Part shown: positions 1-10,451 of the stretch, one piece after another | Numbering within the stretch: position 1 is the first letter of the stretch | Layout of the letters: each line of letters opens with the position of its first letter | IMG/VR virus record: IMGVR_UViG_3300002231_001563 | Location: 32,001-96,000 of that record | Source: a virus | DNA length: 64,000 bases | Reading direction: 5' to 3' (one strand) | The notes under the pieces: generated by a model | What the model was told of the DNA's origin: nothing | Database searches by the model: none | What the model saw: the letters and a program-made list of their open reading frames with translations, nothing else | Translations under genes and position numbers: made by a program

Positions 1-2
1 TG

Positions 3-491
3 CGAGACGAATGTAAAATTTGGCTTATTACAGTCTTGGATAAATTTAAACCAGAAAAAGGATCGAAAGCCTTTTCATATTTTTCTGTTATAACCAAAAA
101 CTGGTTTATTCAGAAGGTAAAGAAAAATAAGAAAAGCCGCCAACGAGAGATAGAGTTGGGCGAATTGTCCAAGGAATTGGAACAAAAATATATTTCTATT
201 GAAAATGAATATGATGATCTAAGGGAGAAGGACGAATTTTGGCAACATCTTTGGAAGGAAATAGACACCTGGGACACCGATAAGTTAAAAGAAAATGAAA
301 AGAAAGTTCTCGAAGCTGTAAAAATCCTCCTAAACTCCCCAGATGATATCGAAATTTTTAATAAGAAAGCTATTTATTTGTATATGAGAGAAATAACGGG
401 CCTCAATACTAAGCAAATTGTTAACTCTTTAAACAAAATGCGAAAAAAATACAAGACATTTAAAAATAAGTGGGACCGGGGAGACGCATGA
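3..491 (+). CDS. Late-transcription sigma factor, T4 gp55-like (5'-truncated)
   Basis: Frame is open from position 3 (RDECKIWLITVLDKFKPEKGSKAFSYFSVITKNWFIQ), so the TTG at 36 is internal. The D-K-F/Y-x-P-x-K-G-x-K-A-F-S-Y-F block resembles sigma region 2 of gp55-type phage sigmas. Confidence 0.6.
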   Translation, partial: RDECKIWLITVLDKFKPEKGSKAFSYFSVITKNWFIQKVKKNKKSRQREIELGELSKELEQKYISIENEYDDLREKDEFWQHLWKEIDTWDTDKLKENEKKVLEAVKILLNSPDDIEIFNKKAIYLYMREITGLNTKQIVNSLNKMRKKYKTFKNKWDRGDA

Positions 492-494
492 TAA

Positions 495-785
495 ATGAAA
501 GAGCTAGAAAAATATATTCAAGAAGTTACTGATAACATTCGCGAAGACCGCCGCGTCACCAGGCGACTACTAGATGACGTAATGGTATACCTCAGCAAGA
601 GTGAGGAGCGTCACCGCGAAGTAGGTATCACAGCGGCAAAATATGTAGAAACTCTTCAGCGCTCTAATGAGCAGCTTGTAAAAATCGCATCTTTGTTACA
701 ACGAAAGAGCACCAAGCAAACGGGCCTCACCGACGATGACAAAAAAGATATCTTCGATCTTTTACAGGGAGACGTCCCTGAATGA
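495..785 (+). CDS. Hypothetical helical protein
   Basis: 96-aa ORF tightly packed between sigma and hub genes; ATGA overlap with next gene. Confidence 0.7.
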   Translation: MKELEKYIQEVTDNIREDRRVTRRLLDDVMVYLSKSEERHREVGITAAKYVETLQRSNEQLVKIASLLQRKSTKQTGLTDDDKKDIFDLLQGDVPE

Positions 786-2485
786 AAATCAATGACACCA
801 TTGATCGCCTGGATAAAACCAATCGCGAAAGCGGAATTTACCAGGCCCGCGCTGCTTTGGAGCAAGTATTCCAAGACAGCTATTATTTGGATACCAAAAG
901 AGCTTACGAAGCTGTAGTTCTTTACAGGGAAGAGGTTTATCCTCCAGAAGCTTCGTCAGCTATGGCTAGAGAAATTATAGGTTATCCCTATACCGCACTA
1001 GGCTCGCCCGGAATCCAATATTATAAAATTTATTTTCGCATTCCATCTTTACATAAATTCTTGCCACTCCCGTCTTCTTTTAAGGAAGCGTTAGTCAGCA
1101 ACAAATTGGGACTTCAGGCAATGCCCACTAGTGAAAAGGATGCCTCTGAGCGCGGCTTATCGAACGAATTTTACTCCTTAATGAACACTACCAAGTCTAA
1201 ACTAACAACTTCAGCACTAGATGATTTATTAATTAAGAGCCATCCTCACATTATTGTTTCCGAAAAGGATTTAGAAGCCGCCTCAAACATCCTCCCGGAT
1301 CCGATGGATACTATCGAAATTAGATTTACGACTCCTAATTATACTGCCGCCTCTTTTGTGGGGTTCCTGGAAAAAGGGCCCAATGCAGTATTCTACAAGA
1401 AATCGCCATCGGGCGACATTGTTATGTCTCCGAAGTCATTGGCCGATTATGACACTTTGAATTTTAAAAAAATTTATAAGGAAAAGGTGAAAGCATGTCA
1501 TGGATCCGAAGATGGCTCTTTGGCACGCCTAGCTTCCGAAATTGGTTTTGAGGATCCCTATATTTTGGTAGCAATACGCAAAAAGGAAAGTAACGGAGAC
1601 CCCCAGGCGGTACGTTTTGAGCCCAATTTATTTCTCTCTTCCGGAAGGCCAGGTAATGGTAATGAACTACGCCACATTCCAAAAAATTGGGAAACTTATG
1701 GATATAAGCTAAAAACAATCTATATTAATGTCGATGGAAAAGCTAGAAAATATTTTACTTATGAACCCAGCGATTCTAATTATGATCCCTTATCTGGAGA
1801 ATCTTATAGCTCTTATATTAAACCAATTATGGACAATCCCAACGGCGCCGTGATGCGATCTGGCGGCATTAAATACCTCCTTCCCGACACCTTCTATAAT
1901 TTAAAGGGCTCAACACAGCAGTTGATAGGAGGAAAATCAGTAGTTGTATGGGACCCCAGCGACAAATGGGACGATAAATTAATAGCTCAAGGATCTTCCG
2001 GAACTAATCAATCAGCTTTTATGAACGCTTATAAATTGGATCCAGCAAGAGCCATAAAAAGCACATCATTTGGTATGTATCAGGTAATGGGCTGGGCCCT
2101 CCTTCGAGCTAATGACGAGAGTCCCACTAAGGCATTGGATGCTTTTTTAACTGACCCTCTTCATGCGAGCGAAACAACTCTGAAAGGATTTTTTACCCGC
2201 GCGGATAAGCAGAAAGTAATTCCCCTCATGAATCAAGAATCGCCCCCTTCTGACGCGTCGTGGACAGCATTCGCCAAAGCCTATAATGGCCCAAAGTGTT
2301 GTGGTATGAAAGAAAGCGGCTTTTTGTTGACAGAAGAGGAGCTAAGTCGAAAGGGTCAAAAAAAATATGATGTCGATATTAAGAAGAAATATGAGGCAGC
2401 CCTCAAGGAATGTGATATTAATTTGGATACCTCCGAAACGCTGCACCCATATGACGATCCATATACCACGGTTCCGTTGATGTGA
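782..2485 (+). CDS. Baseplate hub-associated protein with C-terminal N-acetylmuramidase (DUF3380/PF11860-like)
   Basis: Motifs AIRKKESNG (putative catalytic E269), RFEPNLF, STSFGMYQVMG, WTAFAKAYNGP and KYD..I...Y match the DUF3380 pattern AV..VES / FERH.F / ASWG.FQIMG / W..FA..YNGP / YD.KL..AY. Located directly before the spike gene. Confidence 0.7.
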   Translation: MKINDTIDRLDKTNRESGIYQARAALEQVFQDSYYLDTKRAYEAVVLYREEVYPPEASSAMAREIIGYPYTALGSPGIQYYKIYFRIPSLHKFLPLPSSFKEALVSNKLGLQAMPTSEKDASERGLSNEFYSLMNTTKSKLTTSALDDLLIKSHPHIIVSEKDLEAASNILPDPMDTIEIRFTTPNYTAASFVGFLEKGPNAVFYKKSPSGDIVMSPKSLADYDTLNFKKIYKEKVKACHGSEDGSLARLASEIGFEDPYILVAIRKKESNGDPQAVRFEPNLFLSSGRPGNGNELRHIPKNWETYGYKLKTIYINVDGKARKYFTYEPSDSNYDPLSGESYSSYIKPIMDNPNGAVMRSGGIKYLLPDTFYNLKGSTQQLIGGKSVVVWDPSDKWDDKLIAQGSSGTNQSAFMNAYKLDPARAIKSTSFGMYQVMGWALLRANDESPTKALDAFLTDPLHASETTLKGFFTRADKQKVIPLMNQESPPSDASWTAFAKAYNGPKCCGMKESGFLLTEEELSRKGQKKYDVDIKKKYEAALKECDINLDTSETLHPYDDPYTTVPLM

Positions 2486-2494
2486 GAATAAGAA

Positions 2495-3451
2495 ATGAAA
2501 AAAGAGACAAGAAAAGCACGAATATTAGAAAACCTACCAGATGACTATAAATCTGTCCCGGGCGAAGTAAATACTAGAAATCCATCCGCCGGCCTCAATG
2601 TCAATAATATAGTGGAACCAGTACCCTCATATATTAGAGGCGCTTCAGAGGTAGTCTTAAGCAATCCCAATAACGCTTGGATCATTTTAGGCCGCGACCG
2701 ACCATCATCCCGCGTAAGTGGGTACGGAGGAGCAGGCGGAACCCAATGTGCTTCTATTGATTTAGTAGTGGGGAGGATGTCTTCTACGGAAGGAGGTCCG
2801 AGGTCGGGAGCATATGTAGATCCCAATTTTGAATCGGATGCTGCTCGTATCTATGTTAGTCAGAAAACAGATATTGATAAGAATTTTAATCTTGTTGCCG
2901 GAAATGTAGGCACCTCCAAGGCTAAGTCTGGAATCGGCATTAAAGCAGATGGCGTTCGTATTGTGGGCAGGGAGGGGATAAAATTAGTAACCAATACTGA
3001 TCCTAAAAACTCCCAAGGTGGAAAAATTAAAACTACTTATGGTATTGACTTGATCGCCGGTAATGATGATTCTAAACAAAAAGTCAAAGGAAAGCCTTTT
3101 GGAGACAAAGTGGATTTTTTGCAGCCAATTGTGAAGGGAGATAATCTGACCGACGCCCTGTCCGAAATGGCTGATCAAATAGGAGATTTAGCGACTAGAT
3201 TCAATGAGTTTGCTAAAAATCAGGTAAAATATAATGCGGCCCTTGCAACCCACATACATCCCCACCCAATGGGTCCTACCCTGCCTTCTATCGAGCTGAC
3301 TCCTACTTATTTGCAGGTAAATACTCAACAATTTGTCAATTCTTTGGCGACAGATTGGTCCCAGCACGTCAATTTATCTAATTTTAAGAACAACTATTTA
3401 AAACCTTATGGAGATAGGTGGGTGTGCAGCCGGTATAACAGGACAACCTAA
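2495..3451 (+). CDS. Baseplate central spike protein (gp5-C / gpV-like)
   Basis: Beta-rich Gly/Ile repeats (IGIKADGVRIVGREGIKLVT), C-terminal HIHPH (HxH apex motif), and position upstream of gp25/gp6. Confidence 0.55.
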   Translation: MKKETRKARILENLPDDYKSVPGEVNTRNPSAGLNVNNIVEPVPSYIRGASEVVLSNPNNAWIILGRDRPSSRVSGYGGAGGTQCASIDLVVGRMSSTEGGPRSGAYVDPNFESDAARIYVSQKTDIDKNFNLVAGNVGTSKAKSGIGIKADGVRIVGREGIKLVTNTDPKNSQGGKIKTTYGIDLIAGNDDSKQKVKGKPFGDKVDFLQPIVKGDNLTDALSEMADQIGDLATRFNEFAKNQVKYNAALATHIHPHPMGPTLPSIELTPTYLQVNTQQFVNSLATDWSQHVNLSNFKNNYLKPYGDRWVCSRYNRTT

Positions 3452-6400
3452 ATGAGTGTTTATGATGAAATAGCCTTGGGAATATCCCAGATGAATCCCA
3501 TGCGCAAGACTTTGGCAGAGGTAAATAAGCTTGCTTATAAGGGTAAAATAAATCCCACAAAAAGTCAGCTAGACTTTATAGAAATCTCCGAAGAAAAGCC
3601 GGGCAAAAAGCACGATGAACCATCTCCTGGTACCGACAAGGGCTCTTATTACAAAAAAAGTGATCCTCAAAATGAATCATGGGGATACAATCGGAACTGG
3701 CTTGAGGCGAGAATTATATCTTTTGGCTCCGAGGCATTAACTGATTTTTTGTGGAAGCCCCTGTGGGACGCCACAAAATCAACGTCTGAAAGAATTGTTT
3801 TACAGCCCGGCCTTTTTAGAAAAGAGGATCTATTTTATTTTTATGCCGGAGTCTTCCAGCGCCTTTTGGATCCCAAGTATAAGAAATATGCGAAGCTCGG
3901 CGCCTCTACTTTGGGATCTCCCAGCATATCGTCTGGCGATGATAATATGAGATACGACCCCCTCATTACGATGATCCCCGCAGCTTTTGAGGATTATGTT
4001 ACTCTGGGCCATGAATTTGGATCCTATCCGGGCGTGTTTGGCCTTGGGCCAGAAAAAATATATGTCACCAAACATAATTACGCTGTATCTGTATCCAACC
4101 AAATTGAGAATAGCACAGTACGCACAAGTTGGTATCATTTAATGGACCATCGCTCGTATTCGGCTGGAGGCGGGGCTGATGGCAAGGATGGATTATTAAA
4201 AGACGAACTAATGTCCTTAAAGGAAATTCAGGGATTATTTTCTCTTGAGATGATATTAAACCTTCGAGACGATATCGAGAACAATAAAGTTTTATATAAA
4301 GATTATGAAAGCCAATGGCTTATACCAACATTTAGTATTGACACTTTTTTGGGCCCCGGCGCCCGCATCAATTATGACCAGGCTTATCTATTCTGGACTT
4401 CTTTTTTAGACGAACTCGAAGGTATAGTGTCTGATGAGGCAGGCGAAGAAGCCGTGGCAGCAGCCACAGAAGCCTCCGATATCTTCCTCTTTGATCCAAA
4501 TGCCTGCAAAGTAGATATAACAGATCCCATCCCACCAGAATGTGATCCCCCGTGTGTTCCCAATCCGAAAGGTTCTTCCACTATATGGCAAGATTTACCA
4601 GATCGGCAGCCTTTCTCTAACGATGAGGTGTGTGAAACGTGGGTATCCCTCACCACCCAATATACAGATGCCATAACAAAAACAACCTCTGAAATCATTA
4701 ATGAATATATATCTGAGGGAATTGAGCTAATACTCCAGGGAGCCGGAAAATCTTCGGACGAAGCTACTATTATCTCGCTGGCATCCTCTACAGTGACTGA
4801 ATTTTTTATGGATTTCAGGAACCTATCTCATGCCAAGGTTCTCGTAAGAATTCCTTATAGCGCAACTTTGCCAATAGAGGACAAACCTCCAAAAACATCC
4901 AGCGAGACTACCGATTCTGCAGAATTTTCATTAAATGTGGTACTTGATGCCTCTGATCTCCGGGGAACTGGGAGTATGTTAAATCTTGTCAGTAGGGCAA
5001 TTGGCCGCAAATACGCCGCCCAATATGAAATTGCCCGAGAAATGGGACAATTATCGGGATTGCCACAAAATATTCTCCTAGGAAAAGAAGGCCCCCGTAT
5101 AAGAGAATTTAAAAAAGAATTAATAAAATTATTAAAAAGTCAGGGTTTTCGATTCAACCCCGCTCGAAAAAAGATAGGAACCCTAGAGGCCGTCGAAATC
5201 GGTTTTGCTGAAAATTTTACCTCTGTTGAATATGTTAAAGCCAACAACATCGGCTGTGACCCGGTCGAGCTGACACAGCAAGCAGGCTGGAACACTTTCA
5301 AATCTTCAGCGCCCGCGACTTATCCCACCACTTTGGCGTTTGTGGCAAACGCGCCCTCTATATTCGATGCTATTACTTCTGATTCACCCCCATCTGTATC
5401 TGATTTTTTGAAACAATATTTCTTCCCCCGTCCCCCCGCTAGAGCCGGCCAAGACTTAGAGTTAGCTGAATCACTCACTAACGAAGAGGGGTGTACAGCG
5501 AGCGACGTCGCTAAGCACTTAACAAAGCCAGCCCTAATTTTAGGATCCGAAGTAGCTGGAACAATATTATCATATCCCGAATTAGTGGTATCTACTCTCG
5601 GAGACACTGCGTGCCTTGATTTAGAGGGAAAAAAGGCTCAAGATGAGAAATTTAATGCCCTCGAAGAAATTGAAAAGAGGTGGAAAGATGTTGATTTGCG
5701 GAGATATTTTAGTGGCGACGGGGTCTTAGAGGACCTCCCCCACAAGCTGGATGAGGTAACTAATTTAAAGGAGCTTTACGGCGAAATCATAAATAAGCTG
5801 GGGGTATGTGGAATATCCGCCCTCGTTATGGACGCGCTTGGCTGCTTGGTGAAAGGGTTGGATCTCGGAGACTCGATGGAGGGTCTTGTGCGCTCATTTA
5901 TTACTTCCGCTACCGATAAAGAGATGGAAAAATTATATTTCCGACTCAATCCAGCCCTGCAGCAATTTATTCGCGATTCGGTTTCCGAGCTGACTTCAAT
6001 TCCCCTTCCCTGGGAAGCTGGGTATCGAGAGGGTAGTTACAAGGCAGCGGGCACAACATTCTCGGCTGATTATGTATCTAACGGTACATCCCTGGACGAT
6101 CGTCTAGCTAAGACTTCTTCCGAAGCCGATTCCTATACAACTGTCACGGTTGACGATGAATTGCGAATGTTTCGCGCAAAATCAAAAACGACCATGGAAG
6201 AACAAAGGGAAAAGTTTAGCTCCTTCACTCCCATCCCTCTTACTAATACTGATGGCTCACCCATTTTAGATGAAGATGGTAACCCCATAATCATAACTAG
6301 CCCTGAAGGCGTGACACCCGCTCCAGGCCTAGGTCCCCGTAAATTCGCAGGCCCATTCGCTCATGCCGGATCTGTAGGTACTGCACTAGATAATATCCAA

Positions 6401-9400
6401 GACAACGCTATCCGCTACTTAAAGGAGGCTATATTTAAGGCCATCGAGGAAAATATAATTTCAGCCGACGCATTTATAGCAGCGATTGATAAGATTCCGG
6501 GCGGCTCACTGGTTAAAAATGTAATTACTGAAGTATTGGACTGTCCCCTTCCTCCTTTGTTCTCGCCTCCCTTAGATGATATTCTCAAGACTCTGGAATT
6601 AGATTTCTGTGATGGCCATTATGCAATCACACTGCCAGTTGTTCCCAAGATGCGCACCCGCCCATTCATGGGAGATATAAAGACGGTCCTCATAGAATCC
6701 GCAGAGGAAGCGCTAGAAAGGCTTGTGGCTCAATCTGTTATTGCTATCATAAGGAAAATCATAGAAGTGTCGCTTAATGCCACTTGCGAAGTGATTACCG
6801 ACACCGCTGGAATGATTCAGGATTTGGCGGGAGGGTCAAGCTTTAGGGAAATCGTGGCTAATAATTTATGCGGCGATAATTTAAATGAAGATGCTTTAAA
6901 CGCGAGCCTAAATCAGCTCAATGATGCATTGGGGTCACTGGGACTCCCGGCCGTACCTAAGCCTAGTGACCAGGAGATGGGAGAATTCATGGATGGGATC
7001 TCCGCTATCTTAACCCAGGATGAACTTATGGGCCTTTTGGATGGAGACCCGGACGCGCGCACAGTCGCCTATGTAAGGCAAGTCGTAGGCATGATTCCTA
7101 GCTTATCGGCTGCTTTACCCTCGGATCTCGATATTCAAAATATGTTTGCAGGGCTTGGTAAAGTCTTTGACCGCGAAGCTATACGAGATAAGATGCCCAA
7201 TTCCTATAGGCCCGTAAGCCCTTCAGTATGTGCCTCTCCCCAGCATCTAGAATTATTTGATGAATTAAGGTGCTCCATCCTGAGAGAAAAGGGCCTAACT
7301 CCGGAGCAGTGCGAAGAACAACTAACCAAGCTCAAAGAACAAACCAAAAAAGACTTTGATGATTTAGCTGATTTGTTGAATGAAAACTATTTCGATGTGA
7401 ATGTTTTAGGAGACCCTGAGTGTTCCGATAGTGGAATTTATGCGGGCGAAGACCCAGCTACGAAAAAACAAGCCCAAGAACTGTTTTCCTCCAACTATGA
7501 TGTAATTAATACGACTTTATTAACTGAACTTACGTCTCGTCGTGGCCTCCTAAACATGATATTATCCGACACGCGCGGTACTGGCTACAAAAAACATAAT
7601 GAATTTTGGGTTAACTTCTTTGGCCAATCACTTAGTAAAGATCTGGGGCCTTTCGGGTTCTATATTGACGCAGAGACTGGGGGTTCCGGTTCATCGGCCT
7701 TCGTGAACTTGCTTGGCGGCCCCTATGGTGCCTATCCCGATGAGGTGGCTCCGTATTTGAAAGACATTTTAGGCGGGACGCTTGCGGTGAATTTTGTTAA
7801 TGATACTATTCCCAACCTCACTCTGGCTTTCGATAATTGGGATAAGGATTTCGGTGCACCCGACTGGCTAAATGTAGATTATAGCTACATTGCTCCGAGT
7901 GGACACGTCCAGATTGGCATCTATTCGGACGATGACGGCTTCGGCGATCCTATCATCTTCAATACTGTTCCTGGAATTAGCACTGCCACGCAAGAATATA
8001 TCGCAGCGCTACCCCCCACTCCATTTGCAACCCCCGAGGCATCAACATTTGCCTCTTTTATTTCCACTGCTTGGTCTCCGTATACCACCAACCAACTAGA
8101 GGGCATCGAAAAGCACGCCTATGAAATTTTATTTCCTTATTTGACGTCTAAATCGGTGGAAAAAATTGCTCTGAAGATGTCTTCTAATGCGAGAGCCTTT
8201 AACTTTGGCTTCAACGAGAATGCTGAATATACTACGGTCGATTTAGACCCCGCAGTTTATGGAGGGAGTGAAAAAAATCCCTATTTTTACGTTAAAAGTC
8301 CGGTCCATTCCGGATGGGTCGGCCTTTATGATAAAATAATTCCTGAAGTGGACGGATGCACCCCGAATACAATCGTTAATTTCAATTCAATCTCTTCCCA
8401 GACAGCAGATTATAATGACAAACTCCCTCCAGATCCTCGCTTAGAGATTCCTGAATCCTGTGCGTTGGATGGGGAGCGCCCTTATGACCGCATAATGCCC
8501 AAAGAGACTCTAGCAGGTACTGATGGCGCGATCCAAGCAACGGTGCGGCTCTATATTTTGGAAGCATTTTTATCGGGAATGCCTGCATTTTCCCTATTCC
8601 AGCCTTCTTTTCCTGATGTTTTTAACGAAACTCTCTTAAATTATATTGCATCTACTCTGAAGGTAGGTTTATTAGAAACAGGATTAAATTTCCGAAGCAA
8701 AAAGAGTAAAGAAAGATATTATTATACGTTTTTAGAAGAAGTGGTCCAAAATTTTGGTAAAAAAGTAGATTTAGGCCTCATTTCTCCTACATCGCAACAA
8801 ATTGCCGCGATGGAAAAGATCAATAGTGTCCAATCATGCTGGACTAATCCCAAAAGGGGCCTCTATTATCAAAAAAGACGCAAAGAACAATACTTAAATT
8901 ATCTCAAAGCAACTGAATCAAGCGCGCTGATTCTTCTTCAACATTATATTCGAGAGCAATTTGAAGAGGTAGCTCAATTATTTAAAGAAATAATGACCCC
9001 CTCCATTCCTAATTTGGAAAGCTGGATTTTCGGCTCTCCAACTTGGATGTTCGCCGGCGCCATCAGCGCTGGAGGGCCTCTGGATGTAGCTACGGACCCC
9101 TCTAATTTGAGTGATCCCACGACGGCCATTATTATGGGTCTCACGCCCACCACCTTGAGTCATGCAAAGAGTTCGGAGTTCGGCAACGGATTTTTTCCTT
9201 TTATTTTGGAGAAATATATAAAAGTTACTCCCCAGGGAGATTTCTTTGGTGCAGGATCGGAGCCTCAAATCTTTGGTCTCGAATGGTGGCGCACGTATTT
9301 AGACGCTGGCTACGGCGTACCTACAGCAGGATCCCTCATTACTGAAAATTATAAAGAATGGAGTTATGGAATCCGCATTTCTATTCTTCTCCCGGAAGAT

Positions 9401-10012
9401 ATTAACACAGGAGGCTCCACGGGATTAAAATCCAAGGCAGATTTTGACAACTCCATCTCGGCCGCATCCGTGGGTCGCATAAAATCTCTTAAATTTGGCC
9501 CCGATCTTGCGAGTCGTCGCTATGTGGTCCCAGTCGCATCCGCCGAAGTGCCCATTCCTGGAGACACAATCCTGGAGAGTTCTTTAATCGACGCTTATGA
9601 CATTAATTGTATGATAGGGGAACTCATCCAGACGCCCGAATATGAAACTCTTTTTAAATATTCCCTCCCTCTTCAAACTTTATTATCATTAATAACTATT
9701 TATTGTATTGAGACTTTTACATTATCCATTGGACAAGAGTGGAAAAAGCCAGGGGGTACGCCTGGTAGTCAATTTAGAAGGTGGGACAAGACAGCCAATT
9801 TCAAAAAAACAAAGAAAAACTTAAGGCGCCTTTTTGAATCTTTTTATCACGCGCGAGATGCCTCCTATGAAGACGAGGAGGAAGAGAGCGAGGAAGAAAA
9901 GACGCTCAAAAAGGTGAGGGTTAAGAAAAAATTACCCAATAGTACAGATATTAAATGGTGGAAAAAGCGCAAACAAGTGCCTAAACCCGCCGACGAATGT
10001 GAGGAGGAATAA
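3452..10012 (+). CDS. Giant uncharacterised protein (2186 aa), probably virion/baseplate-associated
   Basis: Long uninterrupted ORF abutting the spike gene (TAA-ATG) and ending 2 nt before gp25; Cys-rich, with an acidic then basic C-terminus. Confidence 0.6.
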   Translation: MSVYDEIALGISQMNPMRKTLAEVNKLAYKGKINPTKSQLDFIEISEEKPGKKHDEPSPGTDKGSYYKKSDPQNESWGYNRNWLEARIISFGSEALTDFLWKPLWDATKSTSERIVLQPGLFRKEDLFYFYAGVFQRLLDPKYKKYAKLGASTLGSPSISSGDDNMRYDPLITMIPAAFEDYVTLGHEFGSYPGVFGLGPEKIYVTKHNYAVSVSNQIENSTVRTSWYHLMDHRSYSAGGGADGKDGLLKDELMSLKEIQGLFSLEMILNLRDDIENNKVLYKDYESQWLIPTFSIDTFLGPGARINYDQAYLFWTSFLDELEGIVSDEAGEEAVAAATEASDIFLFDPNACKVDITDPIPPECDPPCVPNPKGSSTIWQDLPDRQPFSNDEVCETWVSLTTQYTDAITKTTSEIINEYISEGIELILQGAGKSSDEATIISLASSTVTEFFMDFRNLSHAKVLVRIPYSATLPIEDKPPKTSSETTDSAEFSLNVVLDASDLRGTGSMLNLVSRAIGRKYAAQYEIAREMGQLSGLPQNILLGKEGPRIREFKKELIKLLKSQGFRFNPARKKIGTLEAVEIGFAENFTSVEYVKANNIGCDPVELTQQAGWNTFKSSAPATYPTTLAFVANAPSIFDAITSDSPPSVSDFLKQYFFPRPPARAGQDLELAESLTNEEGCTASDVAKHLTKPALILGSEVAGTILSYPELVVSTLGDTACLDLEGKKAQDEKFNALEEIEKRWKDVDLRRYFSGDGVLEDLPHKLDEVTNLKELYGEIINKLGVCGISALVMDALGCLVKGLDLGDSMEGLVRSFITSATDKEMEKLYFRLNPALQQFIRDSVSELTSIPLPWEAGYREGSYKAAGTTFSADYVSNGTSLDDRLAKTSSEADSYTTVTVDDELRMFRAKSKTTMEEQREKFSSFTPIPLTNTDGSPILDEDGNPIIITSPEGVTPAPGLGPRKFAGPFAHAGSVGTALDNIQDNAIRYLKEAIFKAIEENIISADAFIAAIDKIPGGSLVKNVITEVLDCPLPPLFSPPLDDILKTLELDFCDGHYAITLPVVPKMRTRPFMGDIKTVLIESAEEALERLVAQSVIAIIRKIIEVSLNATCEVITDTAGMIQDLAGGSSFREIVANNLCGDNLNEDALNASLNQLNDALGSLGLPAVPKPSDQEMGEFMDGISAILTQDELMGLLDGDPDARTVAYVRQVVGMIPSLSAALPSDLDIQNMFAGLGKVFDREAIRDKMPNSYRPVSPSVCASPQHLELFDELRCSILREKGLTPEQCEEQLTKLKEQTKKDFDDLADLLNENYFDVNVLGDPECSDSGIYAGEDPATKKQAQELFSSNYDVINTTLLTELTSRRGLLNMILSDTRGTGYKKHNEFWVNFFGQSLSKDLGPFGFYIDAETGGSGSSAFVNLLGGPYGAYPDEVAPYLKDILGGTLAVNFVNDTIPNLTLAFDNWDKDFGAPDWLNVDYSYIAPSGHVQIGIYSDDDGFGDPIIFNTVPGISTATQEYIAALPPTPFATPEASTFASFISTAWSPYTTNQLEGIEKHAYEILFPYLTSKSVEKIALKMSSNARAFNFGFNENAEYTTVDLDPAVYGGSEKNPYFYVKSPVHSGWVGLYDKIIPEVDGCTPNTIVNFNSISSQTADYNDKLPPDPRLEIPESCALDGERPYDRIMPKETLAGTDGAIQATVRLYILEAFLSGMPAFSLFQPSFPDVFNETLLNYIASTLKVGLLETGLNFRSKKSKERYYYTFLEEVVQNFGKKVDLGLISPTSQQIAAMEKINSVQSCWTNPKRGLYYQKRRKEQYLNYLKATESSALILLQHYIREQFEEVAQLFKEIMTPSIPNLESWIFGSPTWMFAGAISAGGPLDVATDPSNLSDPTTAIIMGLTPTTLSHAKSSEFGNGFFPFILEKYIKVTPQGDFFGAGSEPQIFGLEWWRTYLDAGYGVPTAGSLITENYKEWSYGIRISILLPEDINTGGSTGLKSKADFDNSISAASVGRIKSLKFGPDLASRRYVVPVASAEVPIPGDTILESSLIDAYDINCMIGELIQTPEYETLFKYSLPLQTLLSLITIYCIETFTLSIGQEWKKPGGTPGSQFRRWDKTANFKKTKKNLRRLFESFYHARDASYEDEEEESEEEKTLKKVRVKKKLPNSTDIKWWKKRKQVPKPADECEEE

Positions 10013-10014
10013 AA

Positions 10015-10422
10015 ATGGGAGTAGGAATAGGACCAAAATTACCATTAGTCTATGACAGCACTGATGGTCCCTATTTATTAACAAAGACTCTGAAAGGAGA
10101 GATGGTTCAGAATTTTAAAAATCTGTTACTCACTAATCCTGGCGAAAAGATGATGGACCCCGATTTCGGTGTGGGATTACAATCTTATTTATTCGAAAAT
10201 GCCCACCCCTCTCTTTACGAAGATATTGCTGAAAAGATACGCTCCCAGACCGATAAATATATGAATGCTATTGAGATTGTGGACATTCGTTTCACCGACG
10301 GCGCCGAATGGGCCCCAGATATGCAAACGTCCGCCGATGCACATTCATTATATATTCAGGTGGCCTTCAAAATTCTTCCACGAGAAATCGTAAATGTTTT
10401 GACTTTGCCCCTATTTACTTAA
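10015..10422 (+). CDS. Baseplate wedge subunit, gp25/GPW family
   Basis: NFKNLLLTNPGEKMMDPDFGVGLQSYLFE is the typical gp25 signature; 135 aa. Confidence 0.9.
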   Translation: MGVGIGPKLPLVYDSTDGPYLLTKTLKGEMVQNFKNLLLTNPGEKMMDPDFGVGLQSYLFENAHPSLYEDIAEKIRSQTDKYMNAIEIVDIRFTDGAEWAPDMQTSADAHSLYIQVAFKILPREIVNVLTLPLFT

Positions 10423-10451
10423 GAAAATAAAATAAAGGAATATTAAAATAA

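Noticed and set aside
495-785. Terminase small subunit call for the 96-aa ORF (or for 41412..41930)
   Set aside because: Size and helicity are compatible but no diagnostic TerS motif is present.
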